Shown: positions 53,101 through 64,000 of the stretch, in pieces
Layout: each line of letters opens with the position of its first letter
Numbering within the stretch: position 1 is the first letter of the stretch
Source of the DNA: Epiperipatus broadwayi
Lineage: Eukaryota; Animalia; Onychophora
Reading direction: 5' to 3'
Length of the DNA stretch: 64,000 bases
NCBI GenBank assembly: GCA_028023455.1
Contig: JAQFVV010000010.1
Span: forward strand, 1,302,001-1,366,000
Notes under the pieces: model-generated
The model's database searches: none
Told to the model about the DNA's origin: nothing
Seen by the model: only the letters and a program-made list of their open reading frames with translations
Position numbers and translations under genes: made by a program

Positions 53101-55237
53101 ACTTAATCTTAAAATTATTATCACTTCCTAATAATGTCATTTTTATTAATTAAAACTTTTAAGAAAATCTTTTTTTTTTCTTTCATTAAGTATTGCTGTT
53201 TATTTTAATGTATTGTTATCTGTAAAATTTTAGATTTATATAATGCAAAATTTGGTAAATTTATTAATTAAAATTGTCTGGCTTATCTGGGTTAAATAAT
53301 GTAATCACTATTACTAATTGGTAATTTTCTTAAAATTCTTGGGTGGGCTAATCAATTAACTTTAGGTTTACTCTTACATATTCATTCTACATCAGACTCA
53401 CATCACTAGATTCTGCACTCTGCATTTTGTTCCAGTTGGTTTTACATTCTACAGTAATTCTGCTTGTATTTTACCATTGTCTCTTATATGATGAATTCAG
53501 AACTTTTGCCAGTGATTGTGTTTAAAATTATGTGCTGCTAAAACACCAAAAAAAAAAAAAATTCCACTCTCTAGCATAAGCCTGTAGACACCATATGTTT
53601 AATCTTGCCAGCTGACTGACCAATAATATAAGCCAACTACTACCATCAATCAGACTATAGAAGAAATGCACTTCTCCCTGCTAATGAAGCAGTTACAAGA
53701 CAAACTCTTATATCCAATCAATGAAATCAAGAAAAAAGGCACAGAAACTAATGTCTACAAGTCTGCTTCTGTATACAATTATGTAAATCAATTCTTCTGG
53801 AAAATAATATCCCTACTCTGGACATAAGCTAAAACTTTTTTCATGAACTGTTATTAAAACATTCCCAGTAAGCCAGTAATATATAAGGAAGGATGTAATT
53901 TTATATTTTTACTTTCATTTATTTTATATTTTTTATATATCTTTCATAAATTATTATATTTTAAATTGTATTTGATAGTTAATGGTTTTAATTTTAAATA
54001 ATCTGAACTAGTTATTTCTAATATTATTTTTTTCCTCCTTGTAAAGTTTAAAGAAACATTATTTGAAAGTCTTAAAGCAAGTTTTTCAGTTTATCTTTAT
54101 TATTTACCATCCAGGTTATTTTAGTGAGAATTTTTAAAGAAATTGTAAATTAAAATGAATTAATAATGCCATGAGGATTTTAAAATCATTATTACATATT
54201 TGTACTCAACTTATATAATATGTATGTATATATTTTTTATATAAATAATTGAGCTGTTTGAATTGTTGACAGTTTTTGTTACTCTATGTCATACATGTCT
54301 GAAAGTAAAGAAATAAATGGGTGTGTGCACAAAATCAAATGATCCTGTATATGTCATGTAAAGTTATTTCTATATGTTCAGACCCTTGATTTATTCCTTT
54401 AATTATCACTGTAGATATATATGGGTTTTGCTATTTTTGCATATAGGGTAAAGTGACTTTCCTATCCATGTTCATTTATATAAGATTATTAATGAATTTG
54501 TCTCCATGATTTATTTTCTGGTTACTGAGATTGCAGTCATTGAAATTTTTGCTTTGGATAAAGTGCTTTTATATACATATTTCTACATATTTCCCTTTCT
54601 AACATGGATTATAAGTGGACCTAATTATTATCATTTCTTGTTTATTTTCATGGTTGAGTCTTATGCATTTCATATAGGCTTTGTTTTATAATATTTTGTG
54701 TAAGAACATGTATAATGACTATACCTGCTTATTGTTGATTATGGGTTAATATTATTGCATTATATTTACACACACTTGGATATTGTTAAGTCTTTGTAAA
54801 ATTAAAGGATTATTAATAGTACTAAAGGATAACATTGAAGGAAAGTATAATCTAAAATATCAGCTGTCTTTGAAATACCTTACATACTAACTTATAGAAT
54901 TAATTATTATTCAAATAGTATTATGTTTGAAATGACTTTAGTGTTTAAACCTTATCATTGATGTATACTAGTTGTTAAATTGTTCATAAATATTGTTTTG
55001 TTAATTGTTAGATTTGTCTAGCATTTTCTTTAACTATTGTCTCCCCTGCCAATTGTTATTTTGTCAAAGATCTCCACTCTCCATGAACTCAGAGCAATTT
55101 CAGATATATATATATGATGGGACAGCTGTACTAGACCCTTGTAGTTGATATTTTCATCAGTAAATTATAAATTTTCTAGGCTAGAGGTCTAGTGGCGCCC
55201 TCTATTTATGGTTGTTAGGTGCAGGCTGTTCATTACA
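50123..55237 (+). mobile_element. Old LTR retrotransposon relic: 5' LTR (~50123-51282, left end lost), internal gag-like relic, 3' LTR (53894-55237)
   Basis: Two long direct repeats. The 3' LTR starts TGTAAT after purine tract aaggaagga (53885-53893) and ends ATTACA; the 5' LTR ends cactaca at 51282. Confidence 0.75.
51713..52720 (+). pseudogene. Decayed gag-like coding relic
   Basis: ATG at 51713 MESENPNNSLTPEKMQMLENMF...EIRQELDRCYQSIEEIKKEMNKQE is coiled-coil-like; later L.G.A..W-like and Q...SV.E-like fragments; lies between the LTRs. Confidence 0.45.
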
Positions 55238-56493
55238 GTATATAAAGACACATTAAAAGTTTGCAGATGGTGACAAATTATCACTGACATAGTCAAGTGT
55301 ATCAGTAGTTTAATCATAAGAAGTTAGTACTAGAATTATCTATAGATTTGATGGACTGCAGTCTAAGAACTCAAAATCTAGGGAGATAAGCCAGGATATA
55401 TAATATTTTTGATATTATCATAAGCCCTTCTTACATGAACTGTCATAGTGCAATGTCATTTCTGAATAACTTTTGGTAATTTTTCTTGCACTCTATATCA
55501 ATACTGTTTTAAATTAATGACACAAACTAGCATTAATTTCTGTATAAATTGTTCTTCAAGAAAATTAGTGAAATTAAGTATGTTGAAAACACAATTGTGC
55601 AAGTAACCACATAGGATCTTGACATTATCATTTTGAGCATTATTGATGATAGAAAAGCATAATCTCATAAACCTTTTTTGGAGCAGATATGATTCTGATT
55701 TTGCAATATAATTCTTAATGAGAAACATTTTTTTTTTAAAAAAAAACAACAATTATTATTGTGATATATAAATCCAGAATGCAAGAATAAATATAAATGA
55801 AGTATTAAAAAATGAATTAATAAAAATTATATGTATCTTAATTTTTAAAATATTTTATTTGAATTTAAATAAAATTTAAAATAATTATTTTATCTTAAAT
55901 GAATAATAAATTTTATTTTCATTGTACAAAACAAAGCAAATCTCTTGAACAATTTTTTTAACAAAAGAAAACATCGTTGCTTAATAACCAGATAAAACTT
56001 TTTTTTTGGTCAGATCAATATTTTTACATTGAATAACTTATTGCTTTACCAATTTCTTGACAAAATGATGATATTTGAGTAGATTTCACAAAAAGAGATG
56101 ACATGAGTCCTTCTTGATTAATATCTGCAAAGTCATGAATAAAATAAATGAGAATGAAAGGGAAAAAATCATCACTTTAACATGTAATACTATTATGCTA
56201 AGTGATTTAAAATCATCTCTATTTGGATACATATATAAAAATTTTGTTTAATGGAATTTAAAATAGCTAGAAACCATCTAAGGATAATACACATGGTAGC
56301 ATCATCATCATTACCATCATTGTAATTCTACAGAAGTCATAAAAGAAAAAGAAACTGTAACCGAAATAATTAAAAAAAAAACAGTTGTTATATAGATAAA
56401 GGTCATTTTTTGATTTTTTCTTTACTAAAGTGAATATCTAATATTAATTTCATCTATGTTTTTAATTATTTTTACAATGCTTTTTTTAAACCT

Positions 56494-56537
56494 AATATGA
56501 CAGTTTCGATTGCCCCAGCAAACTTCTTCAGAACTTC
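56494..56537 (-). ncRNA. Isolated hammerhead-like motif
   Basis: Minus strand CTGAAGA-A-GTTTGC-tggg-GCAATC-GAAA-CTGTC. Core intact, stem II 5/6 paired, GUC triplet; stem I weak. Confidence 0.5.
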
Positions 56538-57349
56538 TAATAAAGAACATAGATGATATTAATATTATATGGATTTGACAATGCAATAGGAAAAATAAAG
56601 ATATAATACTTCATAAAGTGAATGTCATTTTGTGAAAAATTTCTGACATGTTTTTTCTTTCTAATAACTATTGAAAATTAAATTTTCAGTTTATAGTTTG
56701 ATCAGGAATAAAAAATATGAAAGATATTGAAAATGTTGACGGAAAATTTCTAATGAATTTTGTTTTTTTTTATGTGAGATGGACCAACAGCCTTATAAAA
56801 GAGCACTTTCTTTTTTATACAGATTTTGTCTTTCATAATATGAAAGGAAACTTATGATTATGTCTTATCTTGATCTGCAGTTGCTTTGTAAGAAAGATTT
56901 TTTTTTTCAAAACTCAATTAGAAATGAATTAAGAGTGCATGGTTTCAAAAACGACTGTCTGCATTGATCATTGAAATTAATAAACTTAGACAAACAAATT
57001 TTGATGACTTTTTTGTGGGAAAGTTATTTCTTTAAAAAATCTTAGTATTACATTTTGTTAGAGATAAACTTGTTAATATTTCTTAAACTTTTATTCAACT
57101 TAAAAATATTAACAAAATAATCTCTCACAATATTTGTTTGTTCAGTACATACCATACAAAAAAACAAACTGATGTATATCATATTTATAAAGTTGTCAAA
57201 AAATTATATATTTTTTTTCATTGAGTTTTTAAAACTATAATTGTATTATGTATGATTCCATATAAAGTTATCAAAAATTATATATGCATATTTATTGGTT
57301 TATTAAAATATAATTGTATTATGTAAAATTTAGATATATTTTGTATTAT

Positions 57350-58260
57350 AGATAATATTAATTAATTCTTGATCTATTTCCATTAACTAATATTAAATAT
57401 TGAATGTCTTAAAAAAAACTTTAAATTTTATTTAAACTTTTCAAATGCATTCACCTGTTAGTAATAACACACAAGTTAGTATATAACACAACATTTTTAA
57501 TGTTATTATATTCCCCTCTTCTTCTGACCAGGGGCAGTACTATCATGGAAATCAAACCTGAACACTTCAGATTTATTAATATCGAATTTAAGATAATACT
57601 CTAACCAATTTAAGTGTTAACAAACAAAAACTGCATCTATGGAATACCATATAAATGTCAGTGGATATATATTGGTGAGACCAATTATCCCACTGAAATA
57701 TAATTAAAAGAGCATAAACTAGTGATTAGAAAAGAGAGAACAGTCATATCTAAAGTAGAAGATTATGCATGTACTAATGAACATCTGCTCAATTCGGACA
57801 ATACAAAGATATTGGATAGAGAAGGAGCTGCTCACATGAGAATAGCAAATAACCTCATAAGACAAACCAGTGGAATAATAAATCATGTTTGAAAGCCATT
57901 AATTAAACTTGCTCTAAATGAAAACGTTGAGAGATCAGAAAGACCCTCATAGAAAAGTATGTGAAATTTCTACTGACTGTTGCCTTTGATAGAATAGCTC
58001 AATTAATTGGAGCATTACCTTAAGCTCAGTATTCATGAATCTAAGAGATCATGTTCAATTGACATGCTATTCCATCTGAAGAATAATAATATCACTCAAA
58101 ATAGTGTGTTATATATTAATCTATGTACTATTACTACTAGTTGAATGGATTTGAAGTTTAAATAAAATTTAATATTTGTCTAGAGACATTCAATATTTAT
58201 TATATTGTAGTTTAAATAAAATTTTAATTTTTTTTAAAGGCATTCAATATTTATTATTAG
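57350..58260 (+). mobile_element. Complete fold-back PLE relic: inverted pseudo-LTR + GIY-YIG fragment + sense pseudo-LTR
   Basis: 57350-57615 is the reverse complement of 57950-58260. atctatggaataccatataaatgtcagtggatatatattggtgagacc at ~57635 is GIY-YIG. A-box-like tagctcaatt at ~57995 and CTGAAGA at 58076. Confidence 0.8.
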
Positions 58261-59299
58261 ATGATGGAAATATTACAACAAATAATTAATACTAAAATGA
58301 CATCATCACCAACTTTCAGCCACATATTATACATAATGTATTATATATTCAATGTAATTACAAATATTATATATAATGTATTATATTTTATATGTAGTTA
58401 TGCATTAAAAGATATTTGTCATGTTGTCATATATATTTGAAGAAACTACTGATCAGTCAAAACTGTAACAAAATATTATCAATGAATAAATAAAAGTTAC
58501 TGCATTATAAAAAGTGACTAAAGAAAAATGCATTAAATGCTATTAAATGAAAAGATTTGTAAAAGTTTTGTGGGTTGTTAACTGAACACATAGTGCAGAT
58601 TAATTTGCTCAGTAGTTAATACTTCTCATTTGCATTCATTTTAGCTATTTTTTAGTGCCAATCTGATCATTACTTTTAAGTTGATCACATTAATCATTTG
58701 CATTTATCCTAATTTAGATTCAATTTTATCTAATAATCAATTAAATGTTTCAAAATGAGAAATTTTTTTTCTTATCATATATTGTATTTTAAAGTTGTAT
58801 GCATTCAAAAAGTTGAATGATATCAGCATGCAGGTTGAAACATGCTGTGGAAGACATTTTTAGATGTAAATATGCCTTATAATGACTTATCACAGACATA
58901 TTAAAAGAATTTTCAATGCCAGTGACCATTATCAGGGATTTTTTTTTAATCTATTTCAAGTTTGTTCAGCATTAGTCAAGGTCAGATGTACATATAGTAG
59001 GTGAATTACATCTTGTTATTGTGTGTTAAGATTGCTTCCACATTTACTGGTGAAACACATATATGAGAATCAATTTCATCCACAGGCCTTAATAAACTAG
59101 TAGTTCTTTTGCATTAGCCACTAACTTTTTTTTATTTTGCTGACAAATTTGATTTATTTAATGCTTTCCAACTATTTATATTTTTTGTTTATCATCCAAT
59201 TTAATGCTACACCAGCTTCTATTTTTTTTTTTTTTTTATTTACACATCTTATTTTTATTTCACTTTTCTTCAATTTATTTAAAAACTTTCTGGTGGTCT

Positions 59300-60100
59300 C
59301 TAAGAGTTGACTTTTAATATTGGATACTGGCATAAAACTATTTAAATAAGAGATTGTTCAAGATATTCCAGTTGCATGTTAATCACTCACTGGAATATGG
59401 ATGAAGCCATAATATTCCAAATGGCAATCTATTGAGTTTGTAAAACCCTTTATAGTAATGATTGTTAATGTCCAGCACATTATCATCTATTGATACTTGA
59501 AGATAAGAATGTTTAAAAAATATTTTCAAGAGCACTCTAAGCCAGTCAAAGTAAACATTATTTGTTTTATTGATGGCAGAAATAATTATCAAATGACAGT
59601 CTTTTATTTTAAGTGTAACAGTAATTCCCACAAATGTATATCTTTCCGTTATTTTTAATAATAGATTCTATTGACATAGCTCATTTGGAATGAGATATCA
59701 GTTCAAGGTCCCCTCAGTTCTATTCTTCTATCTTTCAAAGCAAAAAGAAATGGTCAACACTGATAAACAGCTTTATTTGTTTATTTATATATAAAATAGT
59801 GACTGTTTCTTGATACCATCCCAAACTTAACTTAAAGACTTTGACAAATTCTGTTTAAAACCATAAAATTGTTGTGTTTTTACAAGATACCAGCAAAGAT
59901 AACTAATTGTATTTAGAATCTTTCTGAACTTTCACTTTGAATCTCTCCCAAAAGCATTGTTAGTTTTCTCTAGTAATCATAGATAAGATTCAAAGTCAAT
60001 TAGAGGTATGCTTTTTGATTTTTTGCTTATCTTTCCTTAATAGTTTTTTTAAATAATTGGTAAAAGTGCTATTAATAATGGTTTGCTTGCTTTTTTGTTA
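59300..60100 (-). pseudogene. Gypsy (K02A2.6-like) RT fragment
   Basis: ORF 59383-59631 HSYLQVSIDD....INNHYYKGFYKLNRLPFGI resembles AYLQ..LD....TINTHKGLF.YNRLPFG; upstream NGKI.ICG-like remnant. Confidence 0.8.
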
Positions 60101-61729
60101 CAAAATGTCAACTTGTTTTTTTAATAACAAGTTAATTAGCTGCCTTTTTTGTCAGAGAAAGTTTCTATGTGACCAATTTTATGTTAAATAATAATACATG
60201 AATCTTAGATAAATATGCAAGCTTTGTTAAAATGGTTGTTTATTGGGCATCTGCTCCCTTGTATATTCTTTATTAAAGATAATAATTGATCCACTATTTG
60301 ATCCTTGATTTTGTTTCTGTTGAATCACTTTTATTTCTGACTTTAACAAAGATGCAACCTGATTAGTTATTTTATCTCCTTGAAAAACTAGTGAGACAAT
60401 CAAATATTGTACTGAAGTCCATAGAAACTCAATTCTTAGTTTGTGGACTTTCTTATATGTGAATGTTTGTTTGTTTAAATGTCTTATTGAAAAACAACTT
60501 ATAATAACAAGCTAAAGATATCTTCTGTTGTTTAGACACATAGTTAATTGCTTTATCATTTTCCACTTCATCATGAAGATTTTACCTTATCTCCTTGCAT
60601 TCTAATCTAAGGCTTGGAGTGAAATAGTATTTAAAAGGTATAGGCTTATCAAAAGTATTTATAGGGAATCATTCAGCCTTTATGTTATCACAAGGCCTGA
60701 TAGATTCCAGGCTCCAATACGTTCATCAGTATAGTCAAAAAAATTATAAGTCTAACCACATCAAAATCTTCAAATAATATCTTTGAGCTGTGGCCAGGCT
60801 TTCAATTTCAAAAGGCTTTAAATGAGTATTCACATTACTACTACACATACAATATATATAAGCCAACACTTTTAATTAGTAGATGTCACAGCTATTACCT
60901 GTACATTGAATTATTTTTTTAGTCTCTAATTGAGATCACATCCTTGTCACTATATTGATGTGGGCTGATAAAGATAACCCCATTTTACATTTTAAACATT
61001 TTTAAACCTAAAAATATAAAGAAAATATGTTAAATTACTTACATTTATGAGTTTGTTTTGTATAAAAATATAAAAGTGCACATTCATTTATGACAAGGGA
61101 AATCTGATGTAAACTTTTCTGTAAAGTGCAAGATTCTGTTTCCACAAATACTTTGCTGATGGGCTGCACACATAAATTATTACATATAGAAGAAATCATT
61201 GACTAAGAGGCATGTGTACATTGTCATAATTTATATAATGACTTTCATTAGCTGTGATCAGAATAAATTTCTTTGAGAAAACCAGTTCTCATATATTGTA
61301 GTCACAAACATGAAGTGACTTTTGGGTAATTGTCCACCTACTATAATTGACTCCTTCATTTATTCAGTTAAGCCAATAGATGTTTAATTCCTTGTTTAAT
61401 GAATCCATATTCTAAGATAAGTTTGAAATTGGACAAGTTCATTTACACTGGCTGGATTTGTTAGGTAGACTAGGCAAAGTCCACTAGACAGTGGATATAT
61501 ATATATATTCTTTATTTCTTAATATGTATTTTTAAACTAGCTGTTTAGTGCCAATATAATGTAGTATCTAAAATTGTCAGATGGTAGTTATTATCACACT
61601 ATAACACTTTCCAGGCAGTAAATTTTTTTAAGTTGAAGTTTGTGTGTGTGTATTTTTTAATACAACAAGAAACTTATACTTTTATCTTTCTAAAAATTTC
61701 TATACAAAATGTTTATAAAGTTTGATTAT

Positions 61730-64000
61730 TGCAAGTTTTTCACAATGTTAATTCTAACATTTATGTATTTTTTTAAAACACTATTTAAACTTTTCCAAAT
61801 ACAACTATAAGGTAATAACCCACAAAGACAACATAGTTTAGTAGATTACACAGCTTAATCTTTTTCATGCCTCACCAGTGACAATGCTAGTATAGGAGAA
61901 TACTTACATCATTAGATTCTTGAATATTGAATTTTAAGATATCACTAATCAACTGAGCTCTTCTGTCAAAGGCAACAGCTGGTAAAAATTATACTTATCT
62001 ATGAGAGTTAGTTTAAATTCTCCTCACTTTTCCATTTTTCTTTTTTTTAAATACTTTTTCCTAAGAGCATGGTAAAAAAAAGTTTCCAAACATTATGTAT
62101 TACCACAATGGGTTGACTTGTAGGATTATTTCATTGTACCTTTTCTATCTAATATTTTTTCTATTTTTCCAACACATCTGGTCTGCCATTGTAGACACAT
62201 CTGTTTTTTCTCATTATTAATTTGTGTTTTTGTAGTCACATTTCAACAGGGTGACTAATCTCACCAATATACTTCCTTCCACATTCATATAATATTTCAT
62301 AAATGCAGTTTTTCAACAATTCTTGTTAGGCTTCATTGAAGCTAGAATTTTCTTGGCAGATTTTCATTATTTTGTCTGTTATTCCTGGTATGTATGAATA
62401 AATTACAATACCATAGTTGTTTTCCTTTTTCATGTTTGTTTTTGTAGCCTATTAAAGGTTTTCTTGATAACAGTCAATGCAGAAACATTCTTCATGAGAG
62501 TTTTCTATATGTAGATCTTTTTCTAAATCATTGGTTTCTAACAAACTTCCTTTGTTTTGATCTGTAGTCACAGTATAATTGTATGTTTTGTTTTTCTGGT
62601 ATGATTGGATGTATATGCTAAGTATTTACCAGTGTGTATTGATTTTCTATAAACTGTTGTTTGATCTTGCCATGATAGAGTATTATCACAAGAATATCTA
62701 AGAATGCTAATTTGGTTCTTGTCCTGATTCCATTGTGAATTTAATGGAAAATATGTTATTGATGTGTATCTACAACCATGCTTCAACAAGTTGCTACACA
62801 ACAAATATATCATGAACATAGTGAAGCCAAACTTTACATAGAAATGGAATAGTATTTATGATAGTGGTTTCAATTTCTGCCATAATAAATGTTGCTAAGA
62901 AAGGGTAACAGTGAGCCCATGGCCATTCATTAATTTTTTTGAAAGATTCTAAGCCTGTATTCCAAAGGACTAAGAATTTTGAAAAGAAATTTTGACAAGT
63001 TATGATATGATAAATTTCTAGATTCATTTTAGTTGTGAGCAATAAAAACGAATAGTAGATCTTAATGAAACATATTTTAGATGGTCCATAATGATGAGGA
63101 ATTTTACTAAAATATGTTAATTTCCTATTTTCCAAATATTAATACTTGTAATTCTTCCAGAATAATGCTAGTAACATTATTTCTGTATTTGGAATTAGAT
63201 ATTTTCCATTTTTTAAATTAGCCCACTGTGAGGAATTCTTGAATTTTATTACCATAATCAGTTGTATACATAACATCTGTAGAGTTATCTTTGTCAGGAG
63301 AAAGAATGATTATAAATGCATCTTGTCCTCTTAACATAACTCTCCAGAATAATTCTGCCACTTCTTCTAGGGTAATTTCTGAGTGATTTTCTCAGTGGCT
63401 GCTATTATATTTAATAATGGGAGAGTAGACAATGTAATTGCAAAGTTTAAACATTTTCCAAGAACACATACATCAGCATTTGTAGGATGTTTATAGCTAA
63501 GAATTTTAACTGATGAAGTTGATAGATTGTTTAATACAGTACGGCTTTTGATATGCCCATGTAGATTTACAAAAATTCTCTTTTGAGTTTCCTTTATTTT
63601 TCCATGTAATTTGAAATATGGTCTTCTCATTGCTTAACAAAATCTTGTGATGAGTTCATCATTAAGTTTATTCTTTAGAAAACATTTTACATTCCTAATT
63701 GAATGTAAGTTTTGATACTTTGAATGCCTTTGGGCATTTATTCTTGCTCTTAACAGGCTCTCATTTGCTCTCTGAATAATCTTTTCAGCTCTTGTGAAGT
63801 GAATTGGAAGTTTTAATTGTAAACCCTTAAGAATAATCCCTTCATATTTATCTTTACTCATGAAAGTTAAATGATTTTCTACTTTGTCCAGTTTTACATA
63901 TAATTTTTCATAATGTCTCAAGTTTAACATAGCATCAGGTCCATACCAACTGCTTAGTGTTATATTTTAGATTTGAATAAGTTGGACTATTTCTATCATC
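61730..64000 (-). mobile_element. Near full-length decayed Penelope/Poseidon-like element
   Basis: 63634-63930 ENHLTFMSK..YEGIILKGLQLK (PLE N-terminus); 63367-63630 NNLS...VLGKCLNFAIT...LLNIIAATE; 62794-63135 PFLATFIMAEIE...WLHYVHDIFVV; 62568-62819 TTVYRKSIHTGKYL; GIY-YIG relic ~62200-62330; 3' pseudo-LTR 61730-61990. Confidence 0.9.

Noticed and set aside
57170-58400. Short direct repeats (57170-57330, 58150-58260, 58320-58400) as a CRISPR-like array
   Set aside because: Two-copy AT-rich slippage duplications without unique spacers, in eukaryotic context with no cas genes.

Overview
Very AT-rich eukaryotic (animal-like) genomic DNA dominated by layered, mostly decayed transposable elements. 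There is no intact long ORF, rRNA, complete tRNA or CRISPR array. Supported content: (1) a hAT transposase relic (5.2-7.1 kb) and a hAT-type MITE (48.1-48.7 kb); (2) three minus-strand copies of one APE-RT LINE family with a shared (CATCA)-like 3' tail (15.7-18.7, 19.7-20.9, 34.5-37.2 kb); (3) Gypsy-type relics (internally deleted element 39.8-41.9 kb, RT fragment 59.3-60.1 kb, LTR-gag-LTR relic 50.1-55.2 kb) and several TG...CA elements sitting in (AT)n tracts with ATAT duplications; (4) at least six Penelope-like element (PLE) relics with RT and/or GIY-YIG motifs. The most striking pattern is about ten fold-back (palindromic) insertions of 0.1-1.25 kb. Several carry minimal hammerhead-ribozyme motifs in both arms, two show palindrome + 41-45 nt tail + 12-13 bp target-site duplication, and one PLE family places a tRNA-like A box upstream of its hammerhead. 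One hammerhead (49.1 kb, U3:A8 core variant) looks intact. A few small exon candidates and CpG-retaining patches suggest a host gene is threaded through the repeats, but I cannot identify it. All identities, alignments and folds were judged by eye.
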